This document shows, piece by piece, positions 39,846 through 52,853 of a DNA stretch of 64,000 nt; within the stretch, counting starts at the first letter, position 1; every line of letters starts with the position of its first letter. Position numbers and translations under genes: made by a program. Origin of the DNA: Lama glama (Eukaryota). The DNA is taken from the NCBI GenBank assembly GCA_028534125.1, contig CM052818.1:28398001-28462000 (forward strand), given 5' to 3'. The notes below the pieces were generated by a model, which was given only the letters and a program-made list of their open reading frames with translations, was not told the DNA's origin and did no database searches.

Positions 39846-40734
39846 CATTCTAGAACAACTAGGATGAGAGGAGGGTGTAATTTGTGCGATGACTCCCCTT
39901 TGCTCTCATTCTTGTGGGTCCTTGCAGCAAACCTCTATTGGAGAAGATAATCTGTGTAGCCCTGGAACATTAAAGTATCTGACCGCTTATAAGAAATGAG
40001 CACAGTAATATGAGCACTCAGATTCAGAAACTGAGTATGAAAGGGCATCGCCAAATCAGGATGAATTTAAAGCATAGTTTAAAAAAATGTACAGTAAGTT
40101 TCAATAATAAAGTTTTGAAGAGAAGTTTGAATTTTACAGAGTACTATATACAGATTTTATCACATTTGATCCTCAAAATAGTTCCAAATAAAGGAATATG
40201 TATTATGTTTAATTTACTGATGAAGAAATTTAACCCCACAGAAATTAAAAGATTTTTTTCTACTTTATTATCAAGGGTTAGCAGAGTTACGACTGTAGCA
40301 CAGGTTCTGAATCTAATTCCAGTTGACTGTATATACGTGTGCACACACTGGGCATGCTATACAATCTGCACTGAAATGGGTCTCACCAAGGGTTGCCATC
40401 CAATTGAATGTCTACTCATAAATGATTCATCATGAAAACAGACATTGCCATGTAACTGCTAGGAATTAGAAGCCCTGTAAAGTCAAGTATAGCATGAAGA
40501 GATTTCTCATTTTAATTTCCAAATTAAATGGGCAAGGTTATTATGGGATGAATTAAATTCCGTTTGACTTAAGGAGTTCCAGTTTAAAACAAGAACTGTA
40601 ATATTTTGTCATGCAAAGCAAATAGCTGTAAACAGAGATGAATCTGATGCACTCAAACCACGTGTATACACAGGCTGATTTTAATCACATGGCTCTCCTT
40701 TTGGTGAAGAGTAAGGATAAAAAGAATGGTGGGT

Positions 40735-41380
40735 AACAATAAAGGAGTGCTTATTGTATCAGACATTGTCCTAAGTATTTATGCATACTATTTCCAAGCT
40801 CATAACAGTCTTACAAAGAAGAAACAATTATTACCCCCTTCTACAGACTATGAAACTGAGACACAGAGTAAGGAACTCGTGAGATGTATGGTGGGTAATT
40901 AGCAGAGCTAGGTTTTGCCTCTGCAGGCCAGCTCCAAAATGAATACATGTAAAGTATATGCCTCCCATAAAATTAAGGTTATATAATGGAGGAGAATCAC
41001 AAGGGACTCTGGAATCACAGAGAACCAGTTACATTTCTGGCTCTGTCACTGCCTAGCTGTGTTACTCTGAACAAGATGTTTACCCCGTCTCTGCCACAGT
41101 TTATCTGTAAAATGGAGATGCTAGTAAAGCCCTTTTCCTAGGATCATAAGGAGAGTCAAGTGAGTTAAGCCTACTTCAGTGCACATTAGGTTATGAATAA
41201 ACAATAATGTAGAAGAAGAGCAGAAATTATACTTTAAAAATAATCTACTCCAAGCCCTTAATTTTTTAATGAGGAAACTTAAGCCCAAAAGGGTTAAATG
41301 CCAATTTTATATCATGTTGTCAGTGGCGAAATCAAGAACAGAAGCCTTTCAAATCTATGTTTAGAGTCCTTTGAACCACA
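40735..41380. mobile_element. Cluster of three MIR remnants
   Basis: 'gaaactgagacacagag', 'ctctgtcactgcctagctgtgttactctgaacaag...atctgtaaaatggagat', 'aatgaggaaacttaagcccaaaagggttaaatg'. Confidence 0.7.
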
Positions 41381-43559
41381 AAGGAGTAAATAAAGGATCT
41401 TATCTAACATATTTTTTTAATTAAAAAAGTCCCACTATTGAAATATTTTTAATTCTTCTTCTCTGTTTAAAGATGAGTCTACTGACAGTGAAAGTTTCTG
41501 GAATATCCTTTCAGTCTTATCTATATGTCACAGCTATTTTTAAGCAAACTATAAAAACACGTCTCCCTCAAATGTTAATAATAATTGAACTGTCTTGAAA
41601 AAGACAATAGCAAGCACAGTTTCATCTGTGTCCTCAAACGAGTCGAATCACAGAGCAATCATTTGTCTTGCTTCTCAGAGCTTGGATGCCTGCTTATGAA
41701 TGTATTTCACAGCAGCTCTAGACTGAGGTAAGAGATCAGGAAATCCACAAAACAGGATAAAAAATAAAATTGAGCACAAGCAAATACAAAGCAAATTTTG
41801 AAAGCAAGGAAGCCTTCAATCATGGCTCACTTGTCCACCAGCAAAATCCCTGAGTCAATCACATGGTACATTTTACCTAGACAGTGAGAATGTAAGCTGT
41901 CAAGTTGATCATGCTGTCTTAACATATGGTTTTCAAAGAAAGCAGTCCTTGCTACTGAGCTAGCACTTGTAGGGCAAGGATTGATGTGAACTCTGTCATA
42001 TTTTATAGTTTTTGTACAAGTACCATAGGTGCCCGATGAGAATGCAAGTTATTTAAAAGCAGAGGTCTTAAAAATCTTCTCATGGTATCCAGCATATGGC
42101 TTAACACAGAGAGAAGAGAAGAGAAACCAACAGTTGAATTGACATGTAGCTACTAACATTATTAACAACAAACAAGAGTAAATGTACTTGTTCATCTACC
42201 TTAGAGTGGTAGTCTACAGATGAACTAAAGAAATGAACAGAACCATAAATGAAGACTGAACATAGTGATGACCTAGCTTCATGGAAATTTATAGCTGAAT
42301 TCTGCCCACATGCAGCCTATGACAGAGGAGTGTTTCAAGTCACCATTCCTTCATTTTTTTATTTGAATAATAGATGTCCTCTGAAAATGAGCCTTGACCA
42401 CATACATAATCTTTTCTAAGTTGACTTAGCTCTGAAGTTACAGCAGCAGAAACCATAAACTTCTAGCCCAGAAAGAAAGAAATCACAATTTAGCAGCCTA
42501 AGATACCAGCACCATTTTGATGAGGTTTTCTTTAATAGAATATTACTTGAGACTCATGATAGTAACAAAAATTGGCAAGTGGAACAAATCTGGACAACTT
42601 TCTTATTGTACCCAGAAGATATTTAATAAATACCAATGTTGATGGTACAGGCAAGGGCTGTGGGGCTTAGAAAGCAAGACAGGGTGCCAAACTGCAGTGT
42701 GTTGCAGGGTAAGGGGTGACATCCTCTCTCAGGACCTCTCCACTCACTAGGGACTCACACTGTCCCCCTTGGAGCCTCTCAAAGGATATTCTCTGGATTT
42801 TACTTGGACAAATATAAAATAACTAACATTCTAACAGTGAACAGATTAAGGATGCCTGCTTTACTTTCATGATTATCTATACACGGAGCTGAATAAAAGA
42901 TAAAGATAGTTAATGAGGCATGCAAAAAAAGACAAAGGCTGATGAAAGAAATGCAAATCACCTATAAATACAGGTAATAATTATGATCATATGTTTCTAT
43001 TTTCTACCTCTATTTTTCTTTCCTTCTTCTTTTTCACCCATCTTGTTCTACTTTTGTTAATCCTCTTACACCCAATTTCAGTCCTTTCTAGAATATGGAG
43101 TAATGTAAACTTAAGAAAACAAAAACACATAATCAAAAGACAACCATATGAAAAACACACCGATATATATATTGGTGTTTCTCAAGCTTAACTCATAAAA
43201 TCCTTAAAAAACTGTCAGCATCCACTTGTAATGCTCTTACTGAAGCGAAGACATACGCAGTTAAGTGCTCATATTATAAATGTGAATCTCAATGAATTTT
43301 CATAACATAAACATCTCTATAGCAGCACCAACATTGAGAAAAAAGAAATTAGCAGCACTCAGAGAAGACCTGTGCAGCCTTCCAGTTTCTGCCCCACTAA
43401 GGCTACCCATTGTCTTGACTTCTCTTGCCATAGTACAAGATAGTCTGTTTTTGTATAAAAGTAAAATCATAACATATGTATTATTCTGTGGTTTCTTTTG
43501 CCCAAATTTATGTTTCTATGATGACATTTATGTTATTCATTAGGTAAACATAAATTCAT

Positions 43560-45660
43560 GAATTCTTTGGATACATGACCATTCAGATCATTTGCCAATT
43601 TTTTAAATTGGGTTATTTGTCTTTCTGTTGTTGAGTTTAAGTGTTCTTTAATATTCTGGATACAGGTTCCTTATCAGGACCTGCAAATATTTTCTCCCAT
43701 TCTGTGGTATGTATTTTAACTTTCTTGATAGTGTCCTTTGAAGCAGAAAGATTTCAATTTTGATGAAGTTCAATTTATGTATTTTTAAATTATGTATTTT
43801 TTCTTTTGTTGCTTGTGATTTAGTGTCATATCTAAGAACTCTTTGCTAAATCCAAGGTCACAAAGATTTACCTTTATTTTCTTCTAAGAGTTTTACAGTT
43901 TTGGTTCTTACATTTATGTCTTTTATCCATTTTGAGTTAATGTTTGCATACGCTGTGAGGTAAAAGTCCAACTTGACTCCTTTGTATGTGGCTATTCAGT
44001 TACCTCAGTAGCATTTGTTAAAAATACTATTCTTTGCCTATTGATAGTCTTGACATTGTTGTCAAAAATCAACTAGCTATAGAAATATGGGTTGTGTGCA
44101 GACTCTCAATTCTATTCCATTGATCTATATGTCTATCCTTGAGCAAGTACTATGACGTATTAATCATTGTTGCTGTGTAGTAAGTTTTGAAATCAGGAAC
44201 TCTGAGTTTTCCCACTTTGTTCTTTTTTTTTTTTTTCAAGATTGTTTTGAAAAAAAAAAAAAAGATTGTTTTGGCTCTTCTGGGTCCCTTGTAATTCCAT
44301 GCGAATTTTAGAATCATCTTTTCAATCTATACAAAGAAGACAGCTGGAATTCTGATAGGGATTTCAACATATCTACAGAGTTTTGCCATATTAACAATGT
44401 TAAGTCTCCTAATCCATTAAACTAAGCATGTTTTCCCACTTCTTTAGATTTTTAAAAATTTATTTCAACAATGATTTACAGTTGTATAAACTTTCACTTC
44501 TTTTGTTAAAATTTTTTCTAAGTATCTTATTCTTTCTAATGCTAACATAAATTGAACTGTTTTCTTAACTTTTTTTTTTTTTTTAATGACTGGTCAGGGG
44601 TCTTCAGTGTCTATACAGTTCCTTCCTGAGAGGTGGCTGCCTCCATCATGGACATGGACAAGCTCTGTTCTTCCACAGTTGGTTTCCCATGCCTGGGTTG
44701 CCATCCTGGCTCCCTGCCTGACTCTCCTGGAAGGTTCTTTAGTACTGAAACACTCTGCATGTAGAAGCCTGTGGCCCTGGAGTTCCCAGGTCATTGCTGC
44801 CTTCTGGCTGTGATGACCCAGCCTTGGGACAGACTCCAGGAAGGAGTGGCAGCCACTCCTGACAGTCTCACAGTTTCCCCATGGCCCATTCATTTTCTTA
44901 ATTTAATTTTTAGATTGTTTATTAAAAGTGTATAAAAATTCAATAGATTTTTTTGTATAATGATCTTATATACTGAAACTTTGTTAAAATCACTGATTAG
45001 TTTTTACAGGTGTTTACTGGATTATTTTCATGCCATCTGCAATAGAAATAATTTTAGTTCTTTCTAATTTGGAGGCTTTTTATTTCTTTTTCTTGCCTAG
45101 TTGCCCAGGCTAGAATCTCCTGCACAATGTTGAATAGAAGTGGCAAGAGTTCACATCCTTGTCTCATTCTTAATCTTGGTCTTTCACCATTGAATATGAG
45201 GTTAACTGGCATTTTAGTAGGTACACTTTATGATGTTGAGAAATTCCTCTTCTATTTCTAGTTTTTTGGTGTGTGTGTGTATGGGTGTTTTATCATGAAA
45301 AGGTGTTGGATTTTGTCACATTGTTTTCTGTGTCTGTTGAGATGATCATGTATTTTTTTTTTTAATTCTATAGTCATGATATATTAGTCAATTAATTTTT
45401 GGATGTTAAACTAACCTTGCATTCCTGTGATACATACTACATAGCATGGTGTGTAAAATTTTTTATATCTTACTAGATTTGGTTTGTTAGTATTTTGTTG
45501 AGGATTTTTACATATCTATAGATATTGGTCCAGTTTTCTTATCTCATGATATCTTTATCTGGTTTTAATATTAAGGTAGTATTAGCACCATAAAATAATT
45601 TAGAAAGTATGCCTCTGCCTTATATATTTTGGAAAAATTTGTGAAGAATCAGTATTAATT
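43560..45660 (-). mobile_element. Long old L1M ORF2 fragment, interrupted by two later insertions
   Basis: Continuous antisense ORF2 text ('gcaaatattttctcccattctgtgg', 'atccattttgagttaatgtttgcata', 'caatgttgaatagaagtggcaagagt', 'aaccttgcattcctg'). Confidence 0.9.
44570..44892 (-). mobile_element. Poly(A)-tailed retroposed insert of unidentified origin (SINE body or processed transcript)
   Basis: T15 at 44570-44584; TSD ttttcttaa at 44560-44568 and 44893-44901; GC-rich body; the L1 host resumes on both sides. Confidence 0.8.
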
Positions 45661-46094
45661 AATAGGTAATTAACTGGGAATCATTAATGTTTTATGAAAG
45701 AGTTTATTAGCAATACTGTTTAAGACAAGCTCTCTTCTAGATAGGATAAAATATCAACAATCTTTTTTTTAATCTTAGGATTTCTTTTTATTGTCTTCAA
45801 TACTTTTTAAAAAGTGGTTTTGAGAATTATATGTAGAATTATATTTTTGTCTTCAAGTGAAATTTCCTGGTGCCTAAAGAGTGAGAATGTTGAAGTATGC
45901 TAAAAACAACATGCTCAAAACTGACTGGAACTCAAGTTAATAGCTAGGTATGAGTTCTGAAGTTGATTATATACCTTGATAAGTATTAGTTAATACTGTT
46001 ATTTGATAACGTTATTTCATCAGGTTTGATTTTGTTTTTGTTGTTTGTTTTTTTTTAAAGACATAAACCAAGTTTACAATAAATAGGTCACAAT

Positions 46095-46685
46095 GTCCTC
46101 CAAAAAAAGATATCCAGAAATAAACTAGTAGAAAGAGTTGGGTTTATTATACATTACCAGGAGAGAGAATACACACCATAGAGAAGCATGGGATATCTCA
46201 GTAAGAGCATGTTAACAAAAGACAGTGCAGGATTTGGGCTTTGCTTAGGTGATTTGGGGGAGGATTCAAACAAGCAAGGCTTTGGTCTGAACTGGATGCT
46301 CTCGGGAGCGTAATTCTATGATCAGGTGAAAATAAATCTTATTTGACAAGAAAGAAGGCTAGAGCAAGGCTAAAGCAGTTAGTTGGTAAAGAAGTAGTAG
46401 TTGTTCATACTAGCTGGGCTAGGGGGATGTTTTCATATCTTAGGGTTTGCAAAGTCATACTGTCTTCCTTTTTACTTAGTTAACAGCATGAATTGTTGTT
46501 GTTTTTATCTCACTTCATCATAGTCACACAGCAAAGTTTTCTGAAATTGATATTCTGTAAGATCACTTATATCCAACAGGAGAACACAATGGTCAAGCTG
46601 TAGGTGCCAGGTAAGATCCTAATACCAAGGCCTAGCTTAAGAGTGAGGCAAGTTCTGGAGTTTTAGAGCTGATATTCTCTTTAAT
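46095..46685 (-). mobile_element. Probable ERV LTR remnant
   Basis: Antisense LTR-like text with 'tttatt' near the left end ('gggtttattatacattaccaggagagagaatacacaccatag'); family not identified. Confidence 0.45.
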
Positions 46686-47929
46686 CGTGGATGAATTATA
46701 TAGTAAATAACACATTTGTCATACTCTTATGTGTCATTAAATGGATTCAAAGAATCAGGGTGATATAATTATTTTATACTTTGTATGTTAAATCAAATAC
46801 ACTCTCTTATGCTACTATTTTTCCCCCCTCTTACTGTTGTCCACAAAGACATTTAAAGCACTGTATGAACTAGCAGAAAAGGTTGCAGGAAAATTTATAG
46901 TAGAATTGTGGCCAGATCTCATGTTTGCGTAATCAATACAATATAAAATGTGGTCCAGTGATTACAACCCCTCATGACAAATAATTTGTCACTGAAAAAG
47001 CAAGAGCTTTATAATAATGTCACAAATATTATTTCCAAATTTCAAAGTCAGCAGTAAAGTTTGAGGTCCTCTATTTATATTCTAATCTTTCCCTAGGTTC
47101 TACGCTATCAATTTACCAAGTTTCATGTTAACCTCAGAGATTTAAGGGACACTCTTTGGAGTAAATCAGCTGTTCGTCCTTCAGAACAGTGAATTCAACT
47201 TAAATGCAGACTCGTGGGAAAATCTGCTTTTAAGAAAGAGCCAATGTTTTATAATTTGCATATTCCTTTACTCATAAAAATCACTTTTTTAAGGAAATTT
47301 TGTTATTTCTATTCATATTATTAAGATAACCTGGCACTGGCATAGCTTGGGCATTTTTCCCCTGGTTAAATTTTCATGAGATAACACATATTTTTTGCAT
47401 ACCAAGTAAGTCTAAAAGGCTACAGAATAGTACTGGTTTACACTGTCAAAAAATATATAAAATTCATTGACAATTTTTAAGTTATAAGCACAATAATTTG
47501 AGCCATTGTTAGTGAGCCAATATCATACCATATGTACAACCATGTTTTGTAATATTTTTAAAAATTCTGTTAGGACAAATACCTCTGCTGTACTCTTACT
47601 TATGTAAGGCTAGCTTAGCTATTCATAAATTATTCTTCCATATATGCTGTAGAAAAGTTTAAGTTTATCTAAATATCAAATTGCAAATGTCATTGCTTTG
47701 TATCAGAGTTATAGATTAATTTAAGGACAACTGACTCATTTGTAATAGTAATCCTTTTTTCCCGAAACCATGAAATGTCTCTTGAAAAATTAAAATCTTC
47801 TTTTATACCCTTAATTATTTCTATACACTTTTCAATATTGCTCTCAAGATAAAGAAAATTACTATATGAATTAAAGATTTTGTTGCTAGTGTGATGGTGT
47901 CCTATTTTATATTCTATTTTCTAGTGCAC

Positions 47930-48300
47930 TGTCAAGAACTGTGAAAGGTCTAAGATTTTTACTCGATTTGCAAGCTAATAAGTTAGGCTATCACAGTTTC
48001 ATGGATGGTGGCAGGAGACATGATTCCTGGTTCAGAGATAAATGGTAATTTATTAGTCACAACAATAACATTTACCAGAATATTAGTATTTGTGAAGAGG
48101 GCTAGATGATGCCCACACATGTGACAGGAGTTATTACAAAAGAAGAACTCTGTGCTTAGAAAAACCAAACTTTCATACTGGAAAATAACTGTCTGTCCTT
48201 ACTTTGAATACAAACATCCTTGAAAAGATAATCTGGATCAAAGACAGACAATGCTTCTGATCACAAGATTTGGGAGAACCACAGAGAATTGCCTCCCTTC
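47930..48300 (-). mobile_element. ERV1-class LTR (MER89/MER34-like) inserted in old L1
   Basis: 'tgtcaagaactgtgaaaggtctaagatttt...gcaagctaataagttagg...catggatggtggcaggagacatg'; subfamily uncertain. Confidence 0.65.
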
Positions 48301-49190
48301 ATTTAATTATTTCTGGTGTTGATGCATGCTGTTGCCTTTTGCAGGCTGATTGTGTGTCTTGGCAACTTACAAGACTCATTTTTTTCTTATAGTTTGTGTG
48401 CATATTTTATTGTTTGTTTTCCCCTGGGTAGATGATTAAAGAACTACATATGATGACAGTTGTGTATTTTCTATTCTAATCCTTACAAATCCTAATTCTT
48501 TTTTTTTTTTTTAGCATTAGGCAGAACTTCCAGTACTATGTTAAATATGGCTATGTTCATGATCTTAAAAGATCTAAATATATCTCAAATAGATAAAGCA
48601 TAATATTTGCTATTGGTTTTGGTGTACAACTTTTATCAAGTTAAGGTAGCTTCTTTATAGTCTTCATTTATTGAATCTTTTTATAATTAATAGAGATAAT
48701 CAAAATCATTTTTACTTTTAATAGGTTGAATATAACTGATTTTTTTCCTGATACTAAACTTGTTTTGTATTCATAATCATGTAACTAAATAAGGCTAGGC
48801 CTTGGTAAGTTTATGTATTATTTAAAATGTAATATATATTCCTATGTGAAATGGGTCTATACTTTTCTTATTTTGTCATTACCTTTACTGTAATCAAGAG
48901 TACACTATCCTCATAAAATGAACTGAGTTCCCTTGAGCTCTTATTCTATTTTGTGGGATAACTGATATAAGGTAGGAATTTAATATTGTTTGAAAATTTA
49001 TATGAACTCCCTTCAAAACCTTCTACCCTGGCTTTTGTTTTGTTTTGTTTTGTTTGCTTGCTTGTTTGTTTATAAAGGGGAAATCTTAACTACTATTTTA
49101 ACTTTGTTTAAACTTTATTGTTAGGACATTTTGACATTATACATTTTTCCATAATTTATGCACTCTTCTCTACATTTTCAAGTCTGTTAG
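48300..49190 (-). mobile_element. Highly decayed L1ME-like ORF2 remnant
   Basis: 'gaacttccagtactatgttaaat', 'tttatcaagttaagg', 'tcctcataaaatgaactg' antisense L1 motifs. Confidence 0.6.
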
Positions 49191-49199
49191 TGTAAATGG

Positions 49200-49630
49200 T
49201 AACTCACATATAACAATGGGAGTACCAAAAGTAGTGGGGAAAGGACAAATTACTCAGTAGAAGTTAAACTATTTCAAGGGGAAAAATGAAAGCTGATGCC
49301 TACTTAACAGCACATTCAAAAGTGTCTAAATGGATTAAAGATCTAAATGTGAAGGATAAACTATTAGATAGTAGAAGAAAACGAAACTGAGTATCTTTAT
49401 AATCTCTAGCTGCAAAAGAACTTTAAAAACAAAACTTCAAAGTCAAAAATCGTTAAGACAAAAAAATTGATGAGTGTCATTACATCAAAAATAAAGATTA
49501 GTCTTCAATGAAAGACACAGGAGACAAAATAAATAGATGGATGACAGAGTGGAAGAAGGTGTATAAGGAAAGAAAGGTTGAATATATATAAAAAAGACAA
49601 GTATGTTAACATAAAGATAAGTAAGAGAAG
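49200..49630 (+). mobile_element. Old L1 ORF2 remnant
   Basis: 'aaatggattaaagatctaaatgtgaag...aaaattgatgag...tcttcaatgaaagacac'. Confidence 0.7.
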
Positions 49631-49904
49631 CTTCCTCAAACCCACAGCAAACATGTTTACTGTGAAATGTTAGAAGCATTCTCTCTTTTTTTTCCCTCCA
49701 CTTAATGTGAGATAAGCAACAAGGATATATTGCAAAGCAGTCTCTTTTTAAAATGAATGTTGAGCAATGATGCCCAAGGTTCTGTTTAAAATTGTAGACA
49801 CACAACATTGAATACAACAAACTAAAATTCCAGTCCTCATGGGGCTTTTGTCACAATAGATCCTTTGCTAATGGATTTTGTCTCTGAAATCTGTACATAA
49901 AGAG

Positions 49905-50235
49905 GAGACTTTGGTCAAAGGGTACAAACTTTCAGTTATAAGATGAGTAAGTTCTGGAGATCTAATGTACAGTATGGTGATTATAGTTAATAACACTGCA
50001 TTGTATACTTGAAATTTGAGAGTAGAAATAAGAGAGTAGATCTTAAGTGTTCTCACCACACACATACACACGCACACACACACAAGGGTAAGTATAAGTA
50101 GTTATGTATGTGTTAATTGTGACAATCATGTGACATGGTAGGCATATGCTAGGTCATCATATAGTATACTTTTTAAAAAATCACTTGCAGAGCCTAAATA
50201 TATATTTACTATATAAAATATGTACAACTTAAATT
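49905..50235 (+). mobile_element. L1MA-like 3' UTR, interrupted by Tigger5
   Basis: 'ggtcaaagggtacaaactttcagttataagatgagtaagttctggagatctaatgtacag...'; a tail-like piece resumes at ~50745. Confidence 0.85.
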
Positions 50236-50742
50236 TACACAATCCCAAATTACAATGACTTGACTTATGATTTTTCAACTTAGCAATGGTGTAAAGTGAT
50301 ACACATTCAGCAGAAATCATATTTTGAATTTAAAATTTTGATCTTTTCCCAGGATAATGATATGCCCCATGATACTCCTGTGATGTTGGGCAGCAGAAGT
50401 GAGGCCCAGTTTCCAGCCAGCCATGCAATCACAAGGGTAAACAACCTATACACTTACAAACATTCTGCACCCAGACAACCATTTGGTTTTTCATTTTTAG
50501 TACAGTATTAAATCAATTACATGAGATATTCAATACTTTATTATAAAATAAATTCGGTATTACATGATTTTGCCCAACTGTAGGCTAACATAAAAGTGTT
50601 CTGAACACATTTTATGTAGGCTAGGCTACAATGTAATATTTGGTAGGTTAGGTGTATTAAATGCATTTTCAACTTTCAATATTTTTCAATTTATGATGAG
50701 TTTATCAGGATGTAACTCCATCGTAAGTTGAGTAAAACCTGA
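50236..50742 (-). mobile_element. Tigger5/MER47 non-autonomous DNA transposon
   Basis: 'ttttgcccaactgtaggctaa...taggctaggcta...ggtaggttaggtgtattaaatgcattttcaac...catcgtaagttgag' is the reverse complement of the MER47 left end; the other end 'ttacaatgacttgacttatgatttttcaac' is TIR-like. Confidence 0.85.
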
Positions 50743-51790
50743 AGAATTTTTGTCAGTTATATTTCAGTAAAGAAGTGGAAAAAGGAGAAAAAATGTTTTT
50801 TAAGTTTATGTAAATTAATATTTTGGGAAAACTTGAATTTTATTATTTATATCTAGCAAGCTTCAGAGAGATATTTTTTCAAAAAGTAACCATTATTCTA
50901 ATAAGCTGGTATACAATGAAATAAATAAGCACATGTGATGGAAAAATTGGAAAACAACTGACTGGCTTAAATTGAGTATTGAGTACCTACTGATTTAAAA
51001 ATAAGGCAACAATCAGTTGAAGAATCTATTATAACTGTTTCTTTTTTCCTTGAACATTCACTCTGCAATTTCTGACCGTAGCTTTATTTAGTGTAAGTGT
51101 ATGATTCTGAGGAAGAAGCTGTTTTTCTGAAGAGTTATAAATCAAGGAAATCAATTTTCAATAGGTTAGCTAATTTAAATTCCAAATGGTTCAGTAAGAC
51201 AGAAAACACTAACAGATCTTTTTGTTAATATAGCTTTGCCATACATTGGTTCAACTGATAACAAAACTTGTATTAAAGTATTTGTATGAGTGATAAACAT
51301 CCAGATTATTCGTGTCTGAGACTGTATTTTACCATCTAGATAGAGGAATAACATTTCATTCTTTTTAAGTAAGCTTTATATAACACTCCCTAAAGAGTAA
51401 GGACCAGAGGGCATGAAACAATTATATTTTGATCTTTTTTATCATTGAATTAATCTTTTCCTGCTAATTTTGAGTTTTAGGCTTGGAAGCCTGGGGAATG
51501 AGGTGAATTTTTTTTTTAAAAGAAAAAGAAATGAATCACCAAAAATTGTGATTTCAGACTAACGTGGTTTATAACTCTTGATGTATTTATAACAAGCTAT
51601 GGAAAAATATTCTGCTACTGGGGGAAAATTTGTTTTGGGTACTGTGTGGTTTCTATTTAGTTTTAAACCTCAAAAAACAAGATTGATTCTACTAGTTGAA
51701 CAAATTGAATAATTCCTAGCAGGTGATGTTCATGTTATCTATGTACGGAACAAAAATAATTTATTCAACTTGAAAAAAATTCAATCAAAA

Positions 51791-52853
51791 AAATGGAAAG
51801 ATTTCTTGTGCTCTTGGATTGACGAATCAACACTATCAAAATGGCCACACTACCCAAAGCAATCCACAGATCCCGTGCAACTCCTGTCAAAATACTCATG
51901 ACATTCCACACAGAACTAGAATAAACAATTCCAAAATTTATAAGGAACCACAAAAGGCATCGAACAGCCAAAGCAATCTTTTGTAGGTCTTTCTTTTTCT
52001 CTTTCTTCTTTTTTTTGTTCTCTTTTCTTATGGTTTGATGACTAGAGAAGGACCTTTAACATTTGTTGTAAAGCTGGTTTTGTGTCACTGCAGTTTTCAG
52101 AGGGTAGGTAACCTCTTTGGTTAAGTTTATGCCTAGGTGTTTTGTTATTTTTGATGTAATGGAAATGATTATGCCAGTTATAAAATTCTGGTTTTTGAAG
52201 TGGAAAAAAAGTGAATGAAGGGTCACAAATGGCAAAGTATCCTTCTTTCTTATGGGTGAGTTGTATTCCATTACATATATGTATGCTGCATTTTCATTAT
52301 CTATTCAACTGTTAATGTGCCCTTAGGATGCTTCCATATCTTGACAATCATAAGTAATGTTGCTGTTAACAGCAAGGTATATGTATCTTTTTGAATTAAT
52401 TTTTATTTTGTGGTTGGCTTTATTCCTTTGATAACTATGTAAGTTTAAAAAGCTAAAGCTCTAAATGTTCTTAGAAACAATGAACAATAAATGTATATAA
52501 ATTAAAAATATATGTGTAGTGAAAAAAACATGAGCTATCAAGCCATGAAAGACATGGAAGAAACTTAAAAGATATATTACTAAATGAAAGAAGCCAGTCT
52601 GAAAAGGCTACAAACTGTACAATTCCAACCAAATGACATTCTGGAAAACGCATAGCTACAGAAACAATAAAAAGATCGTGGTTTCCAGGGGTTTGGGGAG
52701 GAGGAGGGAGGGAGGGATGAATAGATGGAGCACAAGGTATTTTTAGGGCAATGAAATTATTCTGTATGATACTATAGTGGCTACATGTCATTATGCATTT
52801 GTCAAAGCCCATAGAATATAGAACATCAAGAGTGAACCTTAATGTAAACTATG
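51791..52853. repeat. Duplicated composite segment, copy 2 (probable donor), with internal inversion
   Basis: See 26008-26934; here both terminal L1 pieces extend beyond the shared interval. Confidence 0.95.

Noticed and set aside
39609..39950. 113-aa plus-strand ORF over the CpG cluster
   Set aside because: Non-ATG start and no recognisable similarity; better explained as regulatory sequence or chance
40010..40435. 141-aa plus-strand ORF
   Set aside because: AT-rich, crosses MIR-like sequence, no recognisable protein similarity
41679..41727. 49-nt plus-strand exon-like segment (ttctcag|...gag|gtaaga)
   Set aside because: Good splice signals but isolated, with no partner exon or recognisable peptide; such pairs arise by chance in 64 kb
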